A stretch of DNA of 61,239 bases, taken from assembly GCA_002313895.1 (NCBI GenBank), contig DCAW01000079.1, forward strand, positions 1 to 61,239, given 5' to 3'. This document shows positions 1-9,112 of the stretch, piece by piece; position 1 is the stretch's first letter, and each line of letters opens with the position of its first letter. Made by a program: the position numbers and the translations under genes. The DNA comes from Dehalococcoidia bacterium UBA1123 (lineage in GTDB: Bacteria; Chloroflexota; Dehalococcoidia; Lucifugimonadales; UBA1123). The notes under the pieces are model-generated. The model did not search any database. It was not told where the DNA came from and was given only the letters and a program-made list of their open reading frames with translations.

Positions 1-260
1 TCGACTAGAAATCGGAAGAATTTAGGTAGGGCTAACTGCACCTCATAGACGGTCTTAGCCGATATCTTCTTCTTGAGAAGGGCTAGATATTGCCTGATAT
101 GGATAGAAGTGATTTCGGGTGGGGACACATCCGGATAATATTCTAAGAATTTCCTCCCATCAGTAGTGTAGTGCTTTATGGCGCTTGGCCTAAGACCAGA
201 CACCTCCAAAGCAAGCTTAAATCCATGAAACAGTTCTGAGTAGCTATCCGCTCTGAACAA
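1..260 (-). CDS. Tyrosine recombinase / phage-type integrase, N-terminal part only; the gene runs off the left edge
   Basis: Minus-strand TTG at 260 lies 8 nt after AGGAGG. The translation MFRADSYSELFHGFKLALEVSGLRPSAIKHYTTDGRKFLEYYPDVSPPEITSIHIRQYLALLKKKISAKTVYEVQLALPKFFRFLV fits the SAM-like N-terminal integrase domain pattern. It lies next to the 3' end of tRNA-Asn. It is absent from the ORF track because it is truncated by the window edge. Confidence 0.55.
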   Translation of the reverse strand, partial: MFRADSYSELFHGFKLALEVSGLRPSAIKHYTTDGRKFLEYYPDVSPPEITSIHIRQYLALLKKKISAKTVYEVQLALPKFFRFLV

Positions 261-323
261 GAAAACCCCTCCTTTTTTCTGAGGGGCAGAGGAAAACATC
301 CTGTAGCTAATCTAGCTAGGAAC

Positions 324-398
324 TGGCTCCGCGGGTAGGATTCGAACCTACGACCGATCGGTTAACAGCCGATTGCTCTACCACTGAGCTACCGCGGA
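324..398 (-). tRNA. tRNA-Asn (anticodon GUU), CCA encoded
   Basis: The reverse complement folds by hand into a 75-nt cloverleaf. Elements are acceptor UCCGCGG/CCGCGGA, D arm GCUC-AGUGGUA-GAGC, anticodon arm AUCGG-CUGUUAA-CCGAU, T arm GUAGG-UUCGAAU-CCUAC, discriminator G and CCA. Confidence 0.9.
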
Positions 399-546
399 GC
401 GTTGAAAAACCTGGGGAAGATTTTTCAAAAGGAGCACCGCTGTTCAGCGGCTACCAGATTATCATAGCGCTCAACTCCGCATACCTCAAGAAGTTATTGC
501 GCGGGAAGGTTATCGCCTGAAACAATGAACCGAATGCTGAGCGTTG

Positions 547-1866
547 CTAGGCGGATGCCGAGCCTTGTCGCTCAAGCCCGACTGCCGATGACCTCGGAAT
601 CTTCGGCGTTGCTGCAACCAGCGCGAGAACGCCTCCAATGATCCACAAGACGGCGAACATCGTAAACGGCGTGTCATAATTCGTGTCGGTCGACCACGCC
701 CAGCCTGCGTATATCGGACTGAACGCTCCTGCGATGCTGCCCACCGGCGTTACGACGCCTCGGATTGCCCCGATGTGACGGCGTCCGAAATAAACTGCCC
801 ATGCGACGTTCATTACCGTCGGCACGCCTCCCATAGTCAACCCGTGCAAGGCCGCGTATACGTACAGCATCCACAAGTTATCGGCCAAGACGATTATGAA
901 CAACGACAATCCCGAAGTTGTAAGGCAAACCGCCATAACCCACCGGACGTGGACTCTTTCAGACAAATACCCCCAAGGAAGCTTGGCGACGATGGCGAAG
1001 AAGGCTAATGTTGTTGCCAGCGTGGTTGCGATTCCAAGATCAAACCCTTTGTCCTGCACGTAGGCCACTTGATGGAACAAAACGGGGGACAACGACACCA
1101 ACATCACAGATTGGATGCCTACCATGAGCCATAAGGAGCGAGTCCTAAGAGCCTGTTTGAGCGTGAACGAATACTCTGATTTGGCCGCGGCGGCATGTTG
1201 AGAGTCAACCGGCGCCGGGTCTCCATCCGGTTGCATTCCCGCGTCTTCAGGACTGCGCCGCATGAGCAGTGCCGCCATCGGAGCAACGATCACGAGCAAT
1301 ATTAATCCAAGAACGACCCAGCCAGCGCGCCATCCGTATTGGCCTATGACCCAGCCCGCCAACGGAGCGATGACGAACCCGCCGGCTGAGATTCCCATTG
1401 TCCCAACTGCCATCGCCCTACCTCGCAGGCGAATGAACCACTTGGAGATTACTGCAGGCCCGACCAGCATGCCCCCCATAGAGTTCATTGCCATGCCGAA
1501 CACGACCCCATAGATAATGTAGAACTGCCAAATGTTGCTCACACGGGATGTCAAAAGAAGAGCCACTCCGGCGATAATACTGCCGATAGTGATCAGCAGC
1601 CGCGGGCCATGCTTCTTGTCGACCAGGAATCCCAACAGAGGCATGACGGGAAGCAATGCCAGGCGAAAGGCGGAGATTGCCGAGAACTCAATTCTGGAGA
1701 TGCCAAACTCCTCGGACATGGGAATGATGAAGAAGGACAGGCCGTAGCCCCCGATCCCAGCAGTTATCATGGCCGTGGCAAACGTGATTGACACGATGGC
1801 CCAACCGTAGAAAAACAACCGACTCACTAGGCGTTCTGTCAACCTGTCTAATGTGGAGAGAGTCAT
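547..1866 (-). CDS. MFS transporter
   Basis: 439-aa ORF that is hydrophobic throughout with about 12 predicted TM stretches, a central loop, and an MFS-like layout. Confidence 0.8.
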   Translation of the reverse strand: MTLSTLDRLTERLVSRLFFYGWAIVSITFATAMITAGIGGYGLSFFIIPMSEEFGISRIEFSAISAFRLALLPVMPLLGFLVDKKHGPRLLITIGSIIAGVALLLTSRVSNIWQFYIIYGVVFGMAMNSMGGMLVGPAVISKWFIRLRGRAMAVGTMGISAGGFVIAPLAGWVIGQYGWRAGWVVLGLILLVIVAPMAALLMRRSPEDAGMQPDGDPAPVDSQHAAAAKSEYSFTLKQALRTRSLWLMVGIQSVMLVSLSPVLFHQVAYVQDKGFDLGIATTLATTLAFFAIVAKLPWGYLSERVHVRWVMAVCLTTSGLSLFIIVLADNLWMLYVYAALHGLTMGGVPTVMNVAWAVYFGRRHIGAIRGVVTPVGSIAGAFSPIYAGWAWSTDTNYDTPFTMFAVLWIIGGVLALVAATPKIPRSSAVGLERQGSASA

Positions 1867-1958
1867 GCCGCGGAAGCCTGAGAGGCTGGCGTAGGACGGG
1901 TTGAAGAAGTGTTCATATTCGCACGCCAGTTTATGCGGTCAAAGACGCCGAGGCAACA

Positions 1959-1990
1959 ACAAAAAAGGCGGTCCCCATCAAGGCCGCCTT
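1959..1990 (-). terminator. Rho-independent terminator candidate after the CDGSH gene
   Basis: On the minus strand, AAGGCGG...CCGCCUU forms a stem followed by a UUUU(G)UUGUUG tract. Confidence 0.5.
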
Positions 1991-2015
1991 CATGTAAATC
2001 GACTTGGCTGCTGAG

Positions 2016-2222
2016 CTATCGAGCTTCGCTCTCAGCCTGGAAACCGGCCTCTCGGTGCGAGCCGTCGCAAAAGGGCTTGTTGGACGACTCCCCGCAGCGG
2101 CACAGCATGTAGATTTCGTTCTCCAGCGTGTATTCCTGGCCGTCGGCGTCCATGAGTTTTACTGGGCCTTGAACCATGTACGGTCCATTAGCTCGAAGTG
2201 TGATCGTTTGTTCGTCTGCCAT
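2016..2222 (-). CDS. CDGSH iron-sulfur domain protein
   Basis: 68 aa with the literal CRCGESSNKPFCDGSH signature. Confidence 0.85.
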   Translation of the reverse strand: MADEQTITLRANGPYMVQGPVKLMDADGQEYTLENEIYMLCRCGESSNKPFCDGSHREAGFQAESEAR

Positions 2223-2272
2223 GTTCGTATTCCTCCCGTGGTTAAAATTCAGATGATCTACTCGATATTATA

Positions 2273-4105
2273 TTACATCCGTTGTTTGATGGCTTTGGTA
2301 AGCGCTGGAACGACCTCGGCGTAATCGCCAATGATGCCAAAATCCGCGGCCCGGAAGATGGGGGACCGGGAGCTGTTGTTAATGGCAACGATCGTGCCAG
2401 AACGCTGGATTCCAACCGTGTGATTGAACGGGCCTCTTATCGCAACGGCGATATACAGTTCTGGAGCGATGGCCTTGCCTGAAAGCCCGATTTGGACCTG
2501 CCTCGGCAACCAACCCGCGTCCGTTACTTCACGTGTGGCTCCGATGGAAGCTTCAAGAGCGTCGGCCAATGACCTGACCATTGGCAAGTTCTCGGGCCCG
2601 CCGATGCCTTTGCCCACGCCAATCACCCGGCGCGAGTGTTCGAGTTCGACGCCCTCTAGCGATTCGTCTGAAACGGACTCCAGAATCGTGACTCTCGCTT
2701 CGCCCAAGTCATTGATGGGCAGGTCTTGGGTGAGGGGTTCGATTGACCGGTCCGGCTCGCAAGCCGTCAATATGCCAGGGCGCACTGTTGCCATCTGCGG
2801 CGATGTGTTGGACAAGATTGGAGCGACAATGCTACCTCCGAAGGCCGGTTTCAACTGGACAAGTCGGCCTTCGGGATCAGTGTCCAACCCGATGCAATCG
2901 CCCGTGAGGCCCAATCCCAATCGTGCGGCCACCCTCGCAGCCAGGTCTCGCCCGTTCACAGTGGACGGTATCAGCACGGCATATGGGTGATGGGCCTCGA
3001 TGGCCCGTGCCAAGATACCGGTGTATAGTTCTGTGTCGTAGTGTTCAAGTTTGGGGGCGTCAGCGAGGTGAACACAGTCCGCGCCATAGGCGGTGAGTTC
3101 ACCAACGTGGTCTCGGATGCCGTGTCCGATCAGCATGGCTTCGACACGGGAGCCAACACAGCTCGCGAATTTCTGCGCTTCGCCTAACAATTCCAGCGTG
3201 ACGGGCCTGACTCGGCCTCTGAGGGTCTCTGCGACGATCCAAGTTCCGCCGTTGGCGCCTTCGGGTTGGCGAACGTCGCGCGGATCGCTGGGAACTTCGT
3301 CAGCGCGGCGGTCTCCGAACACGCCTCTGGATTCTAGTCTGGCCATGAGTTGGGCGACGGCCTCATCCGCTGGAAGGTCTCGGATGATTACGCCGTCTCT
3401 GGTGGATTCGGTCGAGTACACTTCTCCGACCCACGTCGGAGAGCCTGACACCCCCAGTGGTTCGGTGTCCGATGATATGTCAACGGCGGACAGAGTCTCG
3501 ATTGGCTTGGCTTCTGCCGCTTCCATCTGCTCTCGGCTGGGGTAAATTTCTGGGCCGATCCCTTCAGCGGCAGTGAACACAGCGGGAAGTGGACACAGAA
3601 TTTCTTGATGCCCGTCGTCGTTCAGCCTGGTGACCGTGGCGCTGTCGCCAGCCTCAGAAATCTCAATTCTGGACACGCCCGTAACCTGCGGCAGGTTCAG
3701 CATTTCGGCTAACTCCGGACCAACCTGTCCTGTTTCGGCATCGACGCTGTTAATTCCGCAGAAGATAATATCGAAAGCTTCGCGAGCCAACGCCAAGGAC
3801 AGCGCACGCGCCGTGGCCAACGTGTCAGAGCCTGCGAACGCTCTATCGCTCAGGTGAATTCCGCGATCTGCGCCCAACGCCATGCACTGGACCAGCGCTT
3901 CTCGAGCCTGTGGTGGCCCCATCGTCACCACCACAATTTCGACGGGCATTGACTCTCTAATTATCACGCAAGCGGTCACCGCCTGGAGATCGAAAGGGTT
4001 AACCTCGCTGGGGACGCCCTCGCGCACAATCCTGCGGGTCTCGTTGTCAAATTTGAGCATTGAGACCACGGGGACTTGTTTGACGCAAACAGCGATTTTC
4101 AACAT
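2273..4105 (-). CDS. Electron transfer flavoprotein with beta (EtfB/FixA-like) and alpha (EtfA/FixB-like) subunits fused in one polypeptide
   Basis: 610 aa. The N-terminal part MLKIAVCVKQVPV...NPFDLQA is EtfB-like. The C-terminal half ...IAVAIRGPFNHTVGIQRSGTIVAINNS... is the EtfA FAD-binding region. Confidence 0.85.
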   Translation of the reverse strand: MLKIAVCVKQVPVVSMLKFDNETRRIVREGVPSEVNPFDLQAVTACVIIRESMPVEIVVVTMGPPQAREALVQCMALGADRGIHLSDRAFAGSDTLATARALSLALAREAFDIIFCGINSVDAETGQVGPELAEMLNLPQVTGVSRIEISEAGDSATVTRLNDDGHQEILCPLPAVFTAAEGIGPEIYPSREQMEAAEAKPIETLSAVDISSDTEPLGVSGSPTWVGEVYSTESTRDGVIIRDLPADEAVAQLMARLESRGVFGDRRADEVPSDPRDVRQPEGANGGTWIVAETLRGRVRPVTLELLGEAQKFASCVGSRVEAMLIGHGIRDHVGELTAYGADCVHLADAPKLEHYDTELYTGILARAIEAHHPYAVLIPSTVNGRDLAARVAARLGLGLTGDCIGLDTDPEGRLVQLKPAFGGSIVAPILSNTSPQMATVRPGILTACEPDRSIEPLTQDLPINDLGEARVTILESVSDESLEGVELEHSRRVIGVGKGIGGPENLPMVRSLADALEASIGATREVTDAGWLPRQVQIGLSGKAIAPELYIAVAIRGPFNHTVGIQRSGTIVAINNSSRSPIFRAADFGIIGDYAEVVPALTKAIKQRM

Positions 4106-4249
4106 AGAGAGAAATGGTGTGTGTTCAACGCATGATCGACGAGTTCCAAAACTTCGCCGTGTGGAGCGCGCGGTTTATTAATTGTGACAGGAAGTTCGTT
4201 CATAGGCGCGGGCGTAATAACGGCAGAGGTTCTAGGGAAAAGCGCCAGG

Positions 4250-4491
4250 TCAATTGCCCCGCTCTCGATTGACCTGTTCCCGGATTCGTTGCTTAAAATC
4301 AGGCGATGGCTTCTCTTTCGGTGTCGACCGCAAAAGACCCACAGTTGCGTGCAGGGTGTTGACAATGAGGCGCAAGGTCCACATTTCAAAATGTGTCTAC
4401 TGACCGTGGCAGCGCCACATTGGCCCAACTCGCCATCTAAATAATCAGAAGACATGCCGCGAACTTCGTCGCAGTCGTCATCTGAGCGCAT
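4250..4491 (-). pseudogene. zf-HC2-type anti-sigma factor, apparently frameshifted just after the CxxC
   Basis: MRSDDDCDEVRGMSSDYLDGEL...VSRHILKCGPCAS matches the anti-sigma N-terminal H-x3-C-x2-C pattern. The expected continuation (VNTLHATVGLLRSTPKEKPSPDFKQRIREQVNRERGN, stop at 4250-4252) is in another frame starting near 4360-4368. The tracked ORF 4099..4530 would be a frameshift artefact. Confidence 0.4.
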
Positions 4492-4753
4492 TCCATTGAA
4501 TATTCCAAATAGTTGTGAAACCACGATCAAGTAGCCACCTTAAGTTGAACGGGGTAGCCTCTGCTACTTTAGTTTATGAGGTTGCACCGGTCAACTAACC
4601 TTAGTTTTGCGTTATTGTTGATATACAATTGGATCCAATTTGAATCAGCTAGGCTCGGCTCGATATGATGAGTCCACCAACCGCGATAAGAATTCGTCTC
4701 GTAGAGGCTACGCACAGGGCAATATATTGGCATAGGCTGCCAGAGAAGACCCG

Positions 4754-5273
4754 ATGGAAATCAACAGTTTCGACGATATCGTCGAGAACTACTCTGGACT
4801 TCGTTTACAACGTCGCCGATCGCATGATGGGCAAACCTGAGGATGCGGAAGACGTGTCTCAGGACGCCTTCATATCTGCATACCGCGCATACGAGCGCTT
4901 CGGCGGCGAATCCAAAGTGACGACGTGGCTGTACCGTATTACAGTGAACGCCGCCCTCATGAAGCTTCGCAAGGAGAAAAAGGCCCGGACTCTGACCCGG
5001 ACCGGACTCGATGATGTTGTGATCGCCGACTGGAGCGATGCTCCCGAACGATTCCCCACCAATTCAGAGCTGGGCGCCAGGATCAAAGAGGGCATCGCGA
5101 TGCTCCCTGAAGACCTTCAAGCCACCGTTGTGCTTCGCGACGTTGAAGGCTAGTCGAACTCTGAGACGGCGGAAATTCTGGATGTGACGGTCTCGGCATT
5201 AAAATCGAGGTTGCATCGGGCGCAGGTTCCGCTACCCAAGCACATGGACGAGTTCTTGAAAGCGCAAAGTTAA
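4754..5273 (+). pseudogene. ECF (sigma-70 family) RNA polymerase sigma factor, disrupted by a frameshift and an in-frame TAG
   Basis: The plausible N-terminus MEINSFDDIVENYSG (ATG 4754) is in a different frame from the region-2 core FVYNVADRMMGKPEDAEDVSQDAFISAY...WLYRITVNAA, with the shift near 4790-4800. TAG at 5151-5153 interrupts RDVEG*SNSETAEILDVTVSALKSRLHRA (region 4), which continues in frame to TAA at 5271-5273. Confidence 0.7.
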
Positions 5274-5548
5274 CCTGGAGAAATCACCGCGACGCGAGAC
5301 CTGCCTATCATCTTCCCGATCTTATTGGCCGCGTTGCTCGCCATGATCTTCTTCTCAGGCGCATACGCGATCTCAAAGGGCGCCACGGCCCAAGAATCTC
5401 AAGCTTCCACAACGTCCGTGGCGCCTTCCGGAACTTTCAACCACCTGAATCCTCCCACAAAAGAGACTGAACGATTCGACTGGTGTCAGGACGCGGCCAT
5501 CTGAGTCTGACCGCTGCACTGATGCTGTGTCAACAACGATTCTAACGT

Positions 5549-5962
5549 TCAGGATGGGTCTTTTGCTCTGTCGAACGGCACGACCGCCACCGCGTCGATT
5601 TCGATCAGATACTCTGGCCTCACCAAGCGGCTAACTTCGACGAGTGTGCTGGCCGGGTAGGGACGTTCAAAGTATTCAGCCCGTGCTTCGTGAATTTCTG
5701 AGAGCATAGTCATATCGGTGATATAGACTGTCACCCTAGCGATGTCAGAAACGTTGGCGCCGACGCTTGCAAGCACGGTGTCGATGTTCTTCAACACTTG
5801 CCGAGTCTGAGCTTTGATATCGCCGACGCCCACGAGGTTGCCTTCGGCATCCTGAGAGACGTAGCCTGAGATGTGCAACACCTTGCCCTCAGGCTCCCAT
5901 GCCGCGCCTGAGAATATTCCGAATGGTTCTGGCAATCCTGGAGCATTGAAAGCCTGTGGCAT
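5549..5962 (-). CDS. RidA/YjgF/endoribonuclease L-PSP family protein
   Basis: The family-like core is ...HISGYVSQDAEGNLVGVGDIKAQTRQVLKNIDTVL...VTVYITDM...STLVEVSRLVRPEYLIEIDAVA. The start was moved to ATG 5962, preceded by GGAGGA. Confidence 0.8.
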   Translation of the reverse strand: MPQAFNAPGLPEPFGIFSGAAWEPEGKVLHISGYVSQDAEGNLVGVGDIKAQTRQVLKNIDTVLASVGANVSDIARVTVYITDMTMLSEIHEARAEYFERPYPASTLVEVSRLVRPEYLIEIDAVAVVPFDRAKDPS

Positions 5963-6112
5963 GATTATTGATCCTCCAATTCGTCTAATGAATGTTTCAT
6001 TGAAGAGTGTAACCTGAACCGCAAATTGTGTGGGACTGACAGCGGCCGTGATGCCTGTGATAACCTTCTCCACTGAGAAGTGATTCAAATTCAACGATGT
6101 TCGGAGGCCAGA

Positions 6113-6862
6113 ATGGCTAGGTTTGACGATCAGGTCGCGATTGTGACCGGCAGCGCAACGGGAATCGGATATGGCATCGCCAAACGATTAGGGTGCGAAG
6201 GGGCAAAGGTCGTGATGGTGGACTTCGACAGCGAGTTGGGAGAGCAAGCGGCCAGCGAGTTAGCCGCTCGCGGGACGCCCACCGAACTGACCCTGGGCGA
6301 CGTAGCGGAGCCAGACACCGCCGAACGTGCAGTCAAACAAGCGTTGGATACCTGGGGCCGGATAGATATCTTGGTTAACAACGCGGGCATCGGCGGCGTC
6401 AATGGCAACATCTGGGAGCTTGAAGTCGAGGAGATGGATCGTGTCTATCGCACAAACCTCCGAGGGGTGTTCTCGTTCTCACACACTGTCATACCGCACA
6501 TGCTTGAGCGCGATTACGGACGCATCGTCAACATAGCGTCAATCGCAGGCAAAGAAGGCAACCCGCGCATGGTTCCGTACTCGGCAACCAAAGCTGCGGT
6601 GATCGGACTTACAAAGTCTGTGGGCAAAGAGCTTTCCGGCACAGGCGTTCGGGTCAACTGCGTCACTCCCGCCGTGGTCCAAACGCGTATACTGGACGAG
6701 TTCACGCCCGAACAAGTCGCGTATATGGTGGAACGCATCCCATTGGGACGCACCGGAGAGATAAGCGAGATCGCCGCATTAGTCGCATGGCTGGCCTCTG
6801 AAGAGTGCTCGTTCAGCACCGGCGCGGTGTTCGATATCTCAGGCGGGCGCGCAACTTACTAA
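6113..6862 (+). CDS. SDR family oxidoreductase (3-oxoacyl-ACP reductase-like)
   Basis: TGSATGIGYG cofactor motif, NNAG motif, and YSATKAAV catalytic Y-x3-K. ATG 6113 follows GGAGG. Confidence 0.85.
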   Translation: MARFDDQVAIVTGSATGIGYGIAKRLGCEGAKVVMVDFDSELGEQAASELAARGTPTELTLGDVAEPDTAERAVKQALDTWGRIDILVNNAGIGGVNGNIWELEVEEMDRVYRTNLRGVFSFSHTVIPHMLERDYGRIVNIASIAGKEGNPRMVPYSATKAAVIGLTKSVGKELSGTGVRVNCVTPAVVQTRILDEFTPEQVAYMVERIPLGRTGEISEIAALVAWLASEECSFSTGAVFDISGGRATY

Positions 6863-6926
6863 TTCTTGATTTGACGCCGATTTCTGGCGAAAATTCCAGA
6901 AAAAAATGACAGGAGGAATCCCCAAT

Positions 6927-7904
6927 ATGCCCACGATGCTGGCTGCGCAGGCGACGACACTAGGAACTATCCGAGTTGATGAGATTCAAATTCCAAACCC
7001 AGAGCCGGGGAAAGTATTGGTCAAAACAGCGTTGGCGTCTATTTGCGGCAGCGATCTGCATATCGTCAACATGGGTTGGAACGCCTATGAGTTTCCTCTT
7101 CCTCACGGGTATCCAGGTCACGAGGGTGTTGGCGAGGTGCTCGACGGCGGTGGCACAGGTTTTGGGGCTGGAGACTTTGTGCTAACAGCGCCGAATATCT
7201 GGGGTTCCAAGACCTTCGCAGGCTACCAGTTGATCGACCCGCAGTTCTTGCTCAAACTGCCCACAGACGTTCCCCAGGCCCATCTCCTAATGGCCCAGCA
7301 ATTGGGCACTGTCGTATTTGGAACGCGAAAACTCCCGTCTTTGGTGGGGCAGACGGTTGTGATAATGGGACAGGGGTCTGTGGGTCTGTTTCACGACTTC
7401 ATGCTCCGACGCATCGGCGCTCATCGAATCATTGCAATTGAGCCAGTCAAAGAGCGTCTGGCCCACGGCGTTCGTATGGGGGTTGACGAGGCAGTCGACG
7501 TGACTGGCCAGGAGGCTACAGACGCAATCATGGACCTGACGAACGGCGAAGGGGCGGACCTGGTGGTCGAGGCCGTCGGCTCTACAGCGACATTCAACCA
7601 GTCGTTGCAGTTGGTGAGACCCCTTGGGAGGGTCGCGGTGTTCGGATTGCCAGACACAATGGAGCCAATCCCGTTCGACTGGGACACGTTCTTCCGCAAG
7701 AGGCTCGACCTGCATACGGTGTTCGGCGCTCAAGATGAACCTGGGCTTCCGGCTTTCCAGATTGCCACCGACTTCATCAGGAACGGCGAGATCGACATGG
7801 AGCCGTTCGTGACGCACCAATATCCCATCGAGAGAGTGCAGGACGCGTTCAACCTGGCATCGTCGCGCGAGGACGGGGCTCTCAAGGTGTCTCTGACGTT
7901 CTGA
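6927..7904 (+). CDS. Zinc-dependent alcohol dehydrogenase (MDR) family oxidoreductase
   Basis: CGSDLH and GHEGVGEV zinc-site motifs, and a GQGSVG Rossmann motif. ATG 6927 follows AGGAGGA. Confidence 0.8.
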   Translation: MPTMLAAQATTLGTIRVDEIQIPNPEPGKVLVKTALASICGSDLHIVNMGWNAYEFPLPHGYPGHEGVGEVLDGGGTGFGAGDFVLTAPNIWGSKTFAGYQLIDPQFLLKLPTDVPQAHLLMAQQLGTVVFGTRKLPSLVGQTVVIMGQGSVGLFHDFMLRRIGAHRIIAIEPVKERLAHGVRMGVDEAVDVTGQEATDAIMDLTNGEGADLVVEAVGSTATFNQSLQLVRPLGRVAVFGLPDTMEPIPFDWDTFFRKRLDLHTVFGAQDEPGLPAFQIATDFIRNGEIDMEPFVTHQYPIERVQDAFNLASSREDGALKVSLTF

Positions 7905-7910
7905 GTACGA

Positions 7911-8636
7911 TCACTCCAAGGGCAGTTGAAGCAGGTCTTGTAATGACTTGATGATCCGATCGGGTTTGATCTTCGTGCCCTGCGGCAGGCCTCGGCCTTT
8001 CCAATCGTGCCAAACTCCGGTGATGCCCATCCGTTGAGGGGCGGCGACTTCCCATTCGAGGTTGTCGCCGATCATCCAGGTGTTCGAAGGTTCGGAGTCC
8101 AACGTCGTCATTGCGTGCCGATAGACTTCAGGGTCGGGTTTGCCGGTTCCGAATTCGCCTTCAACCAGGATGTATTCGAAATACGGTTCCAGGTCCCACC
8201 GGCTGATTTTGGCCCGCTGGGTTTCTGAGCTGCCGTTGGTGACCATCGCCATGCGAATGCCCAGGTCTTTCAGCGCCACGAGGGCGTCAATCGCGCCAGG
8301 AAACGGGGTCACCGCCTGCTCGCGCTTCTCCGCGTACTCGTTTCCCATCTTCAACGCGAGTCCTGGCACCGTGATTCCAAGACGTTTAAATCCGCCTTCA
8401 ACAACGTCACCCCGCACGTTGCCCAGGTTCAGCCTTGCCGTCCGGTGCCGTGTGGGGTCTGACCAGTACCACTTTCGGTACTCATCAATGGCCTCGACTA
8501 CCTCTTCTGGAGTGACGCCTGGAAGCGTTTCTGCGTGATTCTGGCATACGCTCAACCAGGTCGGACGCGCCAATTTGTCGTAGGCGAGGATGGTGTCATC
8601 GAGGTCGATCAGCATAGCTTTCGGCAGATTATTCAT
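7911..8636 (-). CDS. HAD-superfamily hydrolase
   Basis: LIDLDDTIL motif I, VTNG motif, and GDNLEWEV-type motif IV. The start was set at ATG 8636; the longer tracked ORF overlaps the upstream gene. Confidence 0.75.
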   Translation of the reverse strand: MNNLPKAMLIDLDDTILAYDKLARPTWLSVCQNHAETLPGVTPEEVVEAIDEYRKWYWSDPTRHRTARLNLGNVRGDVVEGGFKRLGITVPGLALKMGNEYAEKREQAVTPFPGAIDALVALKDLGIRMAMVTNGSSETQRAKISRWDLEPYFEYILVEGEFGTGKPDPEVYRHAMTTLDSEPSNTWMIGDNLEWEVAAPQRMGITGVWHDWKGRGLPQGTKIKPDRIIKSLQDLLQLPLE

Positions 8637-8961
8637 CTTCGCGTTCAGCCTTGCACACATCGCAATTGCACAGGTCGCGGAGCACATCGAAGGGAAATAT
8701 GCCCGTGAAATGTCCGTCGCTCCATAAGAACTGCACGGCGTATCGGCCAACCATCAAGTAGTCCTCTGCCTTGAGGTCCAGAGGGACCGACGCCGGGTCC
8801 AGCAGTTGCCGCCTGCTCCACTCTTCGACGCATTGCGCGCATCCACAGCTAATCCGAAGCGACGTCGCTGTCCATTCGCTCTTGTGGCCGTCGTTCCATT
8901 CGATGTGGATGTTTTGACCGTCAATAGTTACGTTGTTGACTCCGATTCCCGTGGCCATCAT
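8629..8961 (-). CDS. DUF971 (gamma-butyrobetaine hydroxylase N-terminal-like) protein
   Basis: 110 aa with the pattern ...LRISCGCAQCVEE...YAVQFLWSDGHFTGIFPFDVLRDLC, typical of this small zinc-binding domain as I recall it. Confidence 0.7.
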   Translation of the reverse strand: MMATGIGVNNVTIDGQNIHIEWNDGHKSEWTATSLRISCGCAQCVEEWSRRQLLDPASVPLDLKAEDYLMVGRYAVQFLWSDGHFTGIFPFDVLRDLCNCDVCKAEREDE

Positions 8962-9112
8962 GACTCCATTATTCTGGGGATTGTTTGTTTCATTCTACGA
9001 CTTTTGTTCGCCTTGGGTTAGGGAATTTGATTGTTAAATTATCCCTTAGTGGCGTCGTTCATCAGATTTAGCGGCATGGACGTCCTCCCATCGTCGCCAA
9101 TGCTTCGCCTCA

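Noticed and set aside
4099-4249. The C-terminal 50 codons of tracked ORF 4099..4530, which overlap the ETF start
   Set aside because: The composition is Arg/Ser/His-rich and looks non-coding. It is probably an out-of-frame continuation created by the frameshift in the anti-sigma gene.
5151-5153. An in-frame TAG in the ECF sigma factor, considered as pyrrolysine or programmed read-through
   Set aside because: No pyl genes or PYLIS-like context were seen. The same gene also carries a frameshift, and other decayed genes carry TAA and TAG. A nonsense mutation (TTG to TAG) or a base-call error is more parsimonious.
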